A stretch of DNA of 64,000 nt from Lingula anatina (lineage: Eukaryota; Animalia; Brachiopoda): contig CM120640.1 of the NCBI GenBank assembly GCA_051362555.1, positions 58,444,788-58,508,787 of the forward strand. The letters run 5' to 3'. Under the pieces are notes generated by a model that searched no databases, was not told the origin of the DNA, and saw only the letters and a program-made list of their open reading frames with translations. A program made the position numbers and the translations under genes. Positions 38,201 to 49,900 of this stretch are shown here, piece after piece. Every line of letters starts with the position of its first letter. The first letter of the stretch is position 1.

Positions 38201-41200
38201 AATGTATAACTTCCAGAAAAAGAAGCCAATTAGACTGCTTTTCCAACTCAGGCTGCATTTTAGTCCTGTTTTTCTTTTTTGAAAGTATGGCAATTATAAG
38301 TAACACGGTTTTCCCATAATGGTCATCATGGCAGCAGCACCCAAAATTGTGTTTTCTTCTATTCTGATGCAATATTACATAATGGTTAACAGCATAATGA
38401 CCGTCAATTTTTAATAATAAAACATATGTATCATGGATTTTCAGAAAATGTGACTAGCATGGGTCTTCAAGCCCGTGGAACTTCAAAATCACACCTTGAA
38501 AATGCCAATATGTGAAAAATTAAATTTTCACAAAAAAACTGTTAACTGGCAGTAAGAATTACCAAACAGCCAAAAAGTAAAACTGCCTTCCACTTATCCC
38601 ACATACAATGAAAGTGCACAGCGCCGGCGACAGCAACTGCGATGACAGACGTAGGTGATGGCAATATGTACAGACACATCTGTACATATTTACTGTACTA
38701 TTTGAGAACAGTAAGTCACATGGTTTTTCTTAAATGGTCATCATGGGAGCAGTGCCCAAAATAGGTTTTTTTCAAATTTTGATGCAATATTACATAATGT
38801 TTAACAGCATAATGACCATCAATTTTTAAAAATAAAATATTAGTATCATGGATATTCAGAAAATGTGACTAGCAAAGGTCTTCAGGCCCATGGAACTTCA
38901 AAGTCACAACTTGAAAATGCCAAAATGTAAGCAAGACCGCACTGTTCTGAAATGTTTTTTTCCCATTTTTAACAATTTTTAACATAAAACAAAATCAACA
39001 GTGTACTGCCATTTTTATATGATCAACTAAGAAAATTGATGAGATGGGAAAAATATCAATAGAGCAGTGTTAAATGTCCAATTTCTTCCATTCTGAGATT
39101 CTGAACATAGTGAATGATTGAATCTGACAAACTGCAATGATATGAGTTTATTTCCATTTTTGAAACTTTATTACACAATACACGATAACAAGTTTACCAT
39201 CATTTTAACAACATCAACTAACAATGTTGTTAAGATGCAGGAAATGTCAAACAAACACTTTCACGTATCTTATTAATTAAATAATGAAACTGTTAACATG
39301 CCTAAGAATTGAATCTGAGGAAATGTGAAAAAACAGCATAACTTCTAAAATAATGGCCCGATTATGCTGATTTTTTAACTCAACCTGCGTTTTAGCAGGA
39401 TTGATCACTCCTGTGAGTTTAATGACAATTGGCCTGTCTGTTTTTCTTATATTGTGTTTACAGTGTTGCATATATGCTGAAAAGTGAATAAAAAAGCATA
39501 ACTACTAAAATAGTGGCCCGATCATGCCGATTTTCGAACTTGACCTGCATTTTAGTAAGATCGATTACTCCTGTGAGTTTCATGACAACAGGCCTATCGG
39601 TTTTCCTTGAAATGTGTTTACAGTGTTGCAAACATGCTGAAAAGTGAAAAAAACCGCATAATTTCTACAATAATGGCCCGATCATGCTGATTTTCGAACT
39701 TGACCTGCGTTTTATGAATATTCATCAGCTCTGTAAATATAAAGCCAAAAAGTAAAACTGCCTTCCACTTATCGTGTTTACAAGGAAAGTGCACGGCGCT
39801 GGCGACGGCAACGACGACGACAGACACAGGTGATGGCAATATGTACAGACACATCTGTGTCTGTACATAAAAAGATTATTTTTATGGCGTATTAAATGTT
39901 TAATTTCCCAAAGGGAAAATGATAAATATAATTTTGATGTAAACAAACATGTCCTGCACGATGATGAAAAAGCTCAATCATATATTGTTAAACCAATCTT
40001 TTATGATCTATATGGGCATTTAGGTGCGCACTTAAACAGGGTATATACATTTTTCCTGTAATATAGTGACAGTCAACCCAATAAACATGAGTAAGAAAAT
40101 TCAAGTCATATTTTTAAATGTCATTATAGATGACACACACACCCTTACCCCATTTGTAGCCCCCTGTGCTTTACTATTCTCTATCTCAGCCATGCCTAGA
40201 AAGGATTCTAGTGGCGTTCTACTCAGCTTTTTGGTTTCCTTCTTGTCTTCTTCAGTCAAGTGTTCTGTTCTTGTCTTAGTCAAGACCTCTACATTAGTGG
40301 CACTAAAGACCTGAGGAGAAATTGTAATAGTTCAGTTAAACCACTGTAATATTCTACTGATTTAAACTGTTTTTAGATATTACAAAGTTTTTTTTTACAT
40401 TGGTGGCTATAACTTGACATCAGGGCAGAATAACCTACCACATGAATTTCAATGCTGTAACAAGATTAACATTGTTTCATCTGAAGGATTTTTTATACAG
40501 ACAAAATTTGTAACACATGTTACAAATTCTGAATGAAAATATATCTTGGGTTTTCATAAACTGGACTGTTAAGGTTCAAAGAAGGTTGAAAATGCACTGC
40601 AAAGGTATAAATTTTCTAATAATCAATGGTAAAAAAAATATATATATATAAATCAAAAATCCTGATTTCAGTAAATTCTACTATTTACCTTGCATTCATA
40701 ACCATTAACATTTTCCACTTTATCACTCCTCCAGCCCCAAATTCCAGTTTTATTTCTCTCAAAAGCAATCTTGTGAGTATCTAAGTAAGTGGTGACTATA
40801 GGAGAGGTCAGTCTAGACACCACGGCGTCCTCTGAGGGGGTCAATGCAGTGGGGTCTGGAGGGGATGGCAGCACACGCATGGTCTCCGTGTACACCTGAC
40901 GGATGTCATGGTCCACCTCCATTACTGTGGCTTCATTGTCTACAATAAGATTACATGAAAACAAAATCCAAAATCATCTAAGCAAAAAAATTTCAAAATC
41001 ATTAGATAACATTGGTAAGGATAAAATGCCATGTCAGACTTTACCAAGTACATGGAAAATAAGCCTCTAATTCTTGCACATCTTGAATTTTGATAAAATG
41101 GAAAATGGTGAAATTGGCTAGTAATAAGCATAAAAAACACTTGTGTATCTTAATAAAATTAATACAGGTCTGATCAACATGAAACCGAAAATATTTGACA

Positions 41201-42843
41201 CTTACGCTGTCCTCTAAATATAAAGCTGCGACTGCCTCTCTGCCAGCTCATGTTATCAAAACCCAGAAGGGTTGTGTCTATGCGCACATTAGCACCTATA
41301 GAAGAAAAGTGGAAATACCAGACATGCTTTTCACTAACAAACACATGTATAAAGTTTATGTACCTTATCAAACTCAGTAAACACCTCAGTACAAGTTCAT
41401 TATTTAAAATGGAAATACTTCCTGTGTTACTTACCACTTTTATATACTTTGTATGTGTCACTCGGGCACATGCGAGATACTAGGGGTACTGAAATTGATG
41501 ATAAAATATATGAAATCTGAAGAACAACAAACAATTTCAGTACAAGTCTACAAAAAATCTGGGTCACAGGATATACTCTTATGACGATAATGTATTAATG
41601 TGTATATTAAAAAAACAAACAAATAAACAGATGGCAACTCATTACTCACCCCAGCTTGCAAATTCCCACCTCATCTCTACATAAAAGTCTGGAGCCTGAA
41701 AAAATTTGAAATGAATAATTAAAGCTAAAGACATATTAATTGGACTAAAAAATTGAATATATAAATACAATTGATAAGGAAATACCAATAATTTCAACAA
41801 TTGTTACAGATAATTGGTATAGAGCTATATTTGATATTGCTCTATTTGAAAGGATATAATCTAAAATATAAATCAGGCTGTCACTTTCATTCAGAAAAAG
41901 AAGACCACCTGTAGCCAAATATCCATTATTCTTTGTTTTGTGCGTGTGTGCATGTGGTTTCAAAAGCAAGTTGACAACTGTAGTCTTCATTGCATCTAAG
42001 CATTTTAAAATACATGTGTACCTCTTTTAGTGTCTCAAGAAGCCCAGGAATTCCTTCTGTCCTGGTTGTAAATCTTTGGAAGTCCCTGTGCTGGAGAATC
42101 AACTGAACTAGTTCTGGATCCCCTGTACTTACTGCTTCTTGAAGTACTTTTAAAAATATGATTTTTGAGTTGCTGGTATATAAATATAAACATTCACAAT
42201 ATCAAGTGGAAGGTACTGTGTTTCGGCTGAAAATATGTCAAGATTCTTTGACTGATTCATTAAATATGCAAATACATAGACTGTTTTCATACAATATAAA
42301 CCAGGCCCGTAGCCAGGGGGGGTTCGGGGGGTTCAAAAGAACCGCCCTTTTTGCTGGGAAAAGGTCCACTCTGGGTAAAATTTGATCTAGGTACATGAAG
42401 TTTTTATGGAAAAAGGTCCTCTTTTTCAGAAAAAGAACCCCCCTTTTAAAATTGCTGGCTACGGGCCTGTAAACACAGATAACTAAACAATCATTAAAAT
42501 GCAGACATGTACCACACAATTTGTAGATATAATTGACTATACAAAACGTTTTTTTTCTTTAACCAAAACAGCTACTAGCACGCTCAAAGGAACAGCAGCA
42601 TACCAGTCCAATTCTGTTTATTTTCAGCATTTGCATTTGCCCCTTTCCTCAGCAGTACTCGGGCACTTTCTATATGACCCAAAGTCACAGAAAGATGAAG
42701 TGGAGTACGACCTCTAGGGTCTAATTTTTCTAGATGAATCTAAAATAAAGAATGTGTCTTGTTAATATTAATTTGCTTGCTGTTAGTTGGATTTTACTTG
42801 TGAACATGTTTAAATCTGAATGCAATGTTTACAACAGTGAATG

Positions 42844-42901
<58 letters not shown>

Positions 42902-43332
42902 TCAATTTTAGTCAATGCATGATCTGAACACTTGATTGTGCACTGAACCTTCTGTTTATTTCACGTTATTTTAGGTTGCTATATGAACCAAGTGGAAAGC
43001 AAAAGTAAAAAATCTGTGGCTTAAATCTATTAAGTCAGCGCTTTAAGAGAAAACGATTAAATAGCCTACATATTTACCATTTCTTACTGAAACATACATA
43101 AAGCATTCCTTGGTTATTTAAAAGAGATTCGCGCACTTAAAAAAGGCACCGATTCGCTTAATGCCATGACCGAAATCTCTTGACTTGAATAATTTAGCGG
43201 CTAAAAATCTCGGCGTAATTTTTTACATACCTCTGTGTCATTCTTACTCAATTCTTGATCAAGGCTACGGAATTCATTGTGCCATACAAGCCAGTGTATA
43301 GGAAAGTCTTGTCTTATAGACTTTTCCGACAT
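35202..43332 (-). CDS. ANKRD13D: ankyrin repeat domain-containing protein 13 (ANKRD13A/B/D co-ortholog; ankyrin repeats, central domain, C-terminal UIMs), 610 aa
   Basis: Exons (minus): 43332-43231, 42739-42604, 42146-42022, 41695-41650, 41488-41435, 41295-41206, 40939-40689, 40310-40149, 37927-37799, 37143-36993, 36786-36625, 36315-36215, 35968-35886, 35709-35607, 35339-35202; 1833 nt, frame intact. Motifs: [95 protein letters not shown], and the UIMs [15 protein letters not shown] and [16 protein letters not shown]. Confidence 0.95.
37985..39873 (-). mobile_element. Helentron-associated non-autonomous element (HINE), composite/tandem, in ANKRD13 intron 8
   Basis: Subterminal inverted repeats atgtacagaca (38008-38018) and tgtctgtacat (39858-39868). 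A 13-bp palindrome at 39841-39868 sits next to an A5 run, with a (gac)n/gacagaca microsatellite nearby. The other end has a small hairpin ggcagc-aaa-gctgtc (37991-38005) beside an A run. A second internal terminus lies at 38568-38687. Confidence 0.75.
39320..39720. repeat. ~160-bp tandem repeat (about 2.5 units) inside the HINE
   Basis: gcataa...aatggcccgat(t/c)atgc.gattt recurs at ~39336, ~39496 and ~39657. Confidence 0.85.
42302..42469. mobile_element. MITE (hAT-like, 15-bp TIR, 5-bp TSD TAAAC), copy 2, in ANKRD13 intron 2
   Basis: Perfect TIR caggcccgtagccag / ctggctacgggcctg, flanked by taaac at 42297-42301 and 42470-42474. Confidence 0.9.
42853..42897. repeat. (TA)n microsatellite
   Basis: Direct dinucleotide run in ANKRD13 intron 1. 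Confidence 0.95.
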
Positions 43333-43912
43333 ATTAGATGTAAAATCATAGAGAGGCGTGATGAAACCTAAAAGTATATGTCCTTACGGATGTTCGACAG
43401 TCAACCAAGTTTGTTGTTGCCATCCAACGGTTCTGTCGTTCGAGTGGAAGGTACAAGCCCTTTAATTATATAAGCAAATGAGTTATATTTGATACATTCA
43501 TTAAAAAATTTAACGATAAAATCGACAAAATCATGGTACATACAATGAAACACACTTAAAATAAATAAAATCAACATATTTTACGACATATAGGATGAGA
43601 TCATCGCTCAGGTACTTGTTATGCATACAGTTTCGCTGCACGTTTTGCTAAATATGTTTAACAATAAACATTTTGAGGAAGTGAGGTAAAATATTCCTAT
43701 TCTCAAAATAATATGCAAATGATTTTAGAAAAATAACGTATTTCTAATGTGACATCCATGATGGAAGATCGATTTCTTGGTATTCGAAACTTATACCCGT
43801 ACAACGGGAAAACTTCCGCATCCACCATCTTTATTGTCACTGCAGGGTCTGACACCCATTTGGAATTCGGCACTATCATTCCACCCCTGTATGTCAGCGC
43901 AACAGTGCTTTC
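43333..43912. promoter_or_regulatory. bidirectional promoter / 5' UTR region shared by ANKRD13 (-) and GIT (+)
   Basis: 580 bp between divergent ATGs; CpG-retaining relative to both gene bodies; ETS-like acttccg at ~43812. Confidence 0.7.
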
Positions 43913-46900
43913 ATGTCCCGGGGAAAGGGTAGAACTCCGAGCGAGATCTGCTCCGATTGCGGAGCCCCAGGTACGTACTGATTAAAGTTAAGGCGACATT
44001 TTTTTCTGCATTATTCATCTCCGTCCTTTCTTGCTGTGAAAATTGGTTGGGAAAAGCGATACTGACTCACTGTGTTTTAATCAATTTCAGATGGTGTGCA
44101 CTCTGTCATCGATTCATTATTTATTACTTAGGTTGAATGTGTCATAGAGATTGAATGGGTTTGTGCAAATTAAGGAACGACTTCAAAAGTTTGTAGAAAA
44201 AATTGAATGCGTGCAGATCTTGCTATAATTTGTCAACAAAGAAAGGTGGCATTGGGAGCGCTTACTGCATTCAACTTACAATGTGCAAATTGAACATACA
44301 TCTTACTATTCACAGTGTTAATATTTTATTTTCCAATCTTTGATGTATCAGTCGAAAATGGTCTTATGTTTTTTGAATATCCACTGATAACTTCAGGGTG
44401 CAGAAGTTCTTGCTAACTCTGAGTAATGCATTTCTTTCCTGGCGCCTGATTTGACAAACACTCTTCAAGTATTGTTAATTATTTCTTTCTATTATATGTA
44501 GGACAGCCTGTCCATGTCCAACTGGGGGCATTTAATTCTGTGCTGCTCTTTGTAACTGTCTTCAGGAGACATCAGTATGACTATATTGTAGACACCTTTT
44601 CTTGATACAGATATTTTTATTTTGTATTCAGATGCTTTCTAGGTATTTTGTTGCCTTGCCTTAACCTACTTAATACTGATATAGTTAAGTAAGAGTAAGG
44701 CATAGCTGCCTATTCACCTTACTCTATCTTTAGTTTTTGGTTACAGTGATAATAGAATGCGTTATCAGTTTCATCTTCAAAGGTACAAGCATTTAAAACT
44801 GAAACTGTGGTGTAGACAAATGTATAAAAAGTACAGGGAGAAAAAGATTACTTCTACATTATAACATGCCATGAACAGTACCAGACGTTCACCTTTTTCA
44901 TACTAAAATTTTTATTATAATGTACATGCTTCTGTATTTTAAGTGAACAGAAAACTAGACTATTTTAAAAGTCTGGTTATTTGCTTACAGGTCAGTGGGA
45001 GGACATTGTGGACAGAGTGGATGATAATTGTAAAATTATAATATTAAAGTGTAAAGTAATATGTGAAAAGCATAAGTAATAGATGATACATTTAATAGAA
45101 ACATTACAAATTTAATCTGTTAAGAAGGTGACTGGATATTCTGTCTGTCTTGTTCAGGTAAATATTTTCAAAAGTTGAGAAAATGTAGCATTGTCCACCT
45201 GTTCATTTACAAATTTATAGGGTATAAAAGCTGTTTCATGTTAAATATTTGTGTATTCTCTTTTGTGAGAGCTAAAGTCAAATGGGTGGTTTATAACTGC
45301 CCTTGTTGTATGGAGAACCTAGGGTCAATTTAACTGATTCACTAGAAATCTTGATATTTATGTGATGTGTAATACACTATAAGCTTAAAACAAATGGTAT
45401 CAAAAGCTGGCATCCTCCAACCTCTTACTGCATACAGGTTTTATTTGTGCAAAATCCTAAAAAGTATGCAATAGCTGATTATTAGTTAATATGATGGATT
45501 GCTACACAAAAAATAGTATACATATTTAATTTGGTGAAGTTTTGATGGTGGATCTGCTGAAGATAACTGTGTTAAAGTTAGCGATGTGATTTAGCACTGA
45601 CTCAAGTTGCATCTTTTTGTTGTGTAGTTGAGCTGTAGTAATTCCATCTCCTTCTTTGAATCCTTGTAGAGGAGACTGTTATGTTTTCTTTAACCATTCA
45701 TTTCCATGTGAAGAAAAATTGAAAGTGAAGAATCATGTCAGGTTTTGCTTCCATTTTCAATGGGCCTCTTGTCTCGGTCTTGGATAGCACCCACTGTTTT
45801 GGTGCATAGAGCAAATTACCATTATTATTATTATAATATATGTTTGGGATATATCTAAAGCTTATATAGCTAAAACTCCGCTACTACAGCACCATGACAC
45901 AAGGGAACACATTTTTACTGTGCAATAAATAAACCTTTGAAGTCCCCAAGTTTACTCCTACTGTGATGTTATTTTATATTCAAACAAGGACCCATGCGCT
46001 AATACCTGATATTTGAACATAATAAGCTAGTTTTTAAAACTAGATGGTCCATAACAATGCACTTCTACACAGTCCCTTACTGGTCAAACATGTAATGTGA
46101 GATGTTGATGATAGCATATTGATGGTTTACTGCCACCCATCTAAAACTATCTGGAAAGTAGAGTGTTTATATAAGATAATACAGTACTGTAAGTTACTTA
46201 ATTTAAATATATGAAATGGTTGTGAACAATTTTAGTTAATGGATCGACTGCAGCTTTTGTGTGCATATCCCAACTGGTTCTCTGTAAACTGTGTATATAG
46301 TGTGGATTATGGGAAAATCATTATACCCTGTAATGGCTAAATGTGTTCAGGTACATTTAATAACTTTAGCATTGTTGCTGCAGATCCCAGCTGGGCCTCT
46401 GTGAACCGTGGGGTGTTGATGTGTGATGAGTGCTGCAGCATCCACAGAAGTCTGGGAAGACACATATCACATGTCAAGTCACTCAAGAAGGGAAACTGGC
46501 ATCCTACTCTTTTGCAGGTAAGTCAAAAATCATGTTTTCACATCTGCCAATTTGCTCTGTGTAGCAGGCCTCGGAAACAATAATTGCCATTTAGGATCAC
46601 AAGCCTCAGATTTGTGAGCGCAAACGCTCAAATTAACAACATGAAAGATGATTTCATGGCACAGACTTTACTCTTGATGAAAAATACAAGATATTTACTT
46701 CAATTGTTTGATTTTACAGTAGTTTAGATTTATCAGAATGAGCCAAATCAGCCAAGAAACAATTACAAGGCAGTAGCTGTACGCATAAGGGTTCTTTTTC
46801 TTAACCCCGACAGAAGATACAAAAAAAAATAAAATACTGCATGGTAGAGCTTAGCTTTCCAAGATTCCTAGTGGAAAAAGAGTGACATTTTCTCCTCTTT

Positions 46901-49900
46901 CTTCTTTAAAAAGGAGAATTTTTTCTTGATGTCTACACCAAGGCCCAATTAAGTGGCTAGAGCTTTATTGACAGAATTTGACGAAAGGAATGTTAATTGC
47001 TGTAGTCACTCAAAGCTTGGACTAGATGAAATATCTGAGCAGTGTGGAAAATGCATTTTTGCCAGTATAACCACAGTGGAAGTGTAATTATCTGCAGTGT
47101 GCATGAATTTACTTTATCAATAGAATAATAAATGAAAAATAAATAGAAGGTCTCAAAACAAATCGAACTAATATATTTTTATGATCTACTATCCATATAT
47201 GCGTATTAATATGGAAGCAGTGCACTCTTGACAATCTCCGACACAGGACAGAGTGTACTGACAGGTAGGTAAGAAGATTATCGGTTCATGGTATGTTTGG
47301 TTTGGCTGCTAATTTTACATTTATTGTGGTTTGAATCGTTAATTTGGGTGTTCGTGCTCACAAATCTGAGGCTCGAGTTTGCTAACAGCTAATTGGTTTA
47401 TAAATAAGCATTGTGTAGGGTTGCAGTTAGCACAATGTTTTGAGGTGCCAGGCCTATTTTCATGAAAAATACCCCTCATTTTTGAAATAAAAGGTGATGG
47501 AGATGAACTCCGCACTGTTTACAGAGAGAGTTGAAAATAAGTTTGAAGCCCTTAGTGAAAAACCTATTGCAGCTTTCAAGTGTGTTAAGGAATCCATGTA
47601 ATTATACCCAGTGCTTTCATGCAGCCTATGTTTGTATTACTTGTCTGAGCACCTAAAAATGTGTTGTTCTACAATGTTGAAGACTAGGTTCTCAGTAGAA
47701 TAATATATTAATTTATTTATTTGAATTAAATTGTTGGTGTTTCAACAGCAGAATGTGAAAATTATTCTTTATATTGCATTTATGTTATAAAAATTAAAGA
47801 AAAACTGGCAGTTGTGATGCATAGATAAGAAGTGGGACTTAAATGTGGAACAGACTAATTGAATTGACAAGACATAATGTTCATTGCTATAAAAAGAATG
47901 TTTTTCTTTTCACTACTGCTTATGCTCACTCATGCATAAGATTTGTTTAAGTCAAATATCAAATAGCTGGAAAGTTTTTAAGTCAAAATGTTGATAAATT
48001 GGCAGCGTTTAAAAAATAATGCTTTATCATTACTCAAACTGAGGTGTATTTTGGCATTTCGCAAAAAACAGTTATTCTCTAACTGAGTCTTGACTGAGTC
48101 TTTTAAAAAAGTAATGCCAATAAAAGATAGACAAAATGACATGCATGCTTTCAGGTGAAATATTAAATTCATGTTCTTGCAGATTTGAAAGAAGGGGAAT
48201 GCATTTCATATATAATAAACCCTCCTCTCCTGCCCTCCAAACTGTGTACATAATATTTTGACTTCGTAATTCACATTCCACTGTGCTTTATCATTTCAAA
48301 AAGTGTTTTTTGTATTTAAAATTGCCGTTAAAGGTTTCTCATTAATTTTTACTATATATATTATTTAACAACCTTAAATGATCCTCTGTGGAAAAAAAAT
48401 GTGTAATTTTCTAAGGAGATGCTGTTTATTATACCCAGTTCCTCTTAGTATGTAAGGCTTTATTTTGACCTTGTTAATTGTGTGGTGTTTTTTGTTACAG
48501 ATGGTTCATCAGTTAGTGAGTCAGAGTACCAACAGTATTTGGGAGCACACACTCTTGGATCCAACACAGAACAAACAAGGCCGGAGGAAACCCAACCCCA
48601 GAGATCAGCTACAGTAAGTCAACCAACCCTGCACACCATCTCTTCCCCAGTTCTAACCCCCCTGCAGTGTTTATTGGAATGAGGTATTGATCGCTGCACT
48701 ATTACCTGTTAAATGCTATTACCCTCTAAGTGTTTTCACTTTTTTGTTTCCCTCTTGAGTAAAGAGTGATGACTGTTTAATCCTATTCTGTAGCAATGAT
48801 AGATTGGATTTTTACCATTCTGTTTGGAATGTAGGGCTTTGTAAATACTAATAAGCTTATGTTGCACATGGAGAAAAAATGACCAAAAAGATTATATCAA
48901 AAGCAAGATAGGACACTTTAAGATAAATACAAGGGGGTACTTGAAAGCACTCTGTATCCTGATCACCTAATTAGGCTAATTTTTGTGTATGTATTAAAAG
49001 TGGCAGTGAGGTAAGACAATTCAATGTTTACTGGCAGAATCAACATTTGGGTATTGAACATATGTATTTAAAATATCTAATATCCTATTTGCATGTTTAA
49101 AGGTATACATTCTTCAGTATGGTATTGAAATTAATTTAGAATGAAAATATTAAAAATTAGCAGAGTTTTAAATATTCTGACACATTCAACACACATTTTA
49201 CATTCAGTATGAATGGTATGCTTTTCTCCCTATTTGGAATTCTATGACTAAGACAGATAGAAACTAAGGCCTCAGTGGAATGTGCCTGGGTTCTTACAGT
49301 TCTTGTGCAGGCAATCAGTCAGTGACTTTGCTCTTCTCTGGGCAGATATTTGCTACTTTTCATGTACACTTCTTGCAATATGATGTGCTCTCCAGGCAAT
49401 TCCTGTTTTCCAGAGTATACATCTTTTTGTTTTCTTCCTAGTCCAATGAAAGCAGATTTCATCAGAGCCAAGTACCAGTTCTTAGCATTTGCTCAAAAAC
49501 CCAAAGATGAGGAAAATCAATCAGTAGAAGATCTTAGCAAGGTAAGTTTAGTTTCATGATATGGCAAGCATATTGGAAGGTCAAAAGAGTTTAGGACCAT
49601 GTTATTGTGTAGGAGAGAGTTATTTTTGTAGTATAGTGGCATTTGTCAGGAAACTTTTTATTCAGTATAGGAACAGAAATCTATTTACACACCCTTTCAC
49701 TAAGCATGTTTATAAATTGCCCATATCTACAATTATGTCCCAGGAGGTGCCGAAATAACATTTCCCAGATATCATCTGCAAAATTGATTTAACACTCTGA
49801 GAAAAAGGAATTGGAGTTATAATGAACTTGTATTCAAACTTACTGTGAAGCAATGTTAGACAAATATAGATCGAAATGAGTCATATTTATTGTAGGAAAA

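Noticed and set aside
43749-43985. 78-aa ORF at the GIT start
   Set aside because: Wrong frame; the real GIT start MSRGKGRTPSEICSDCGAP begins at 43913.
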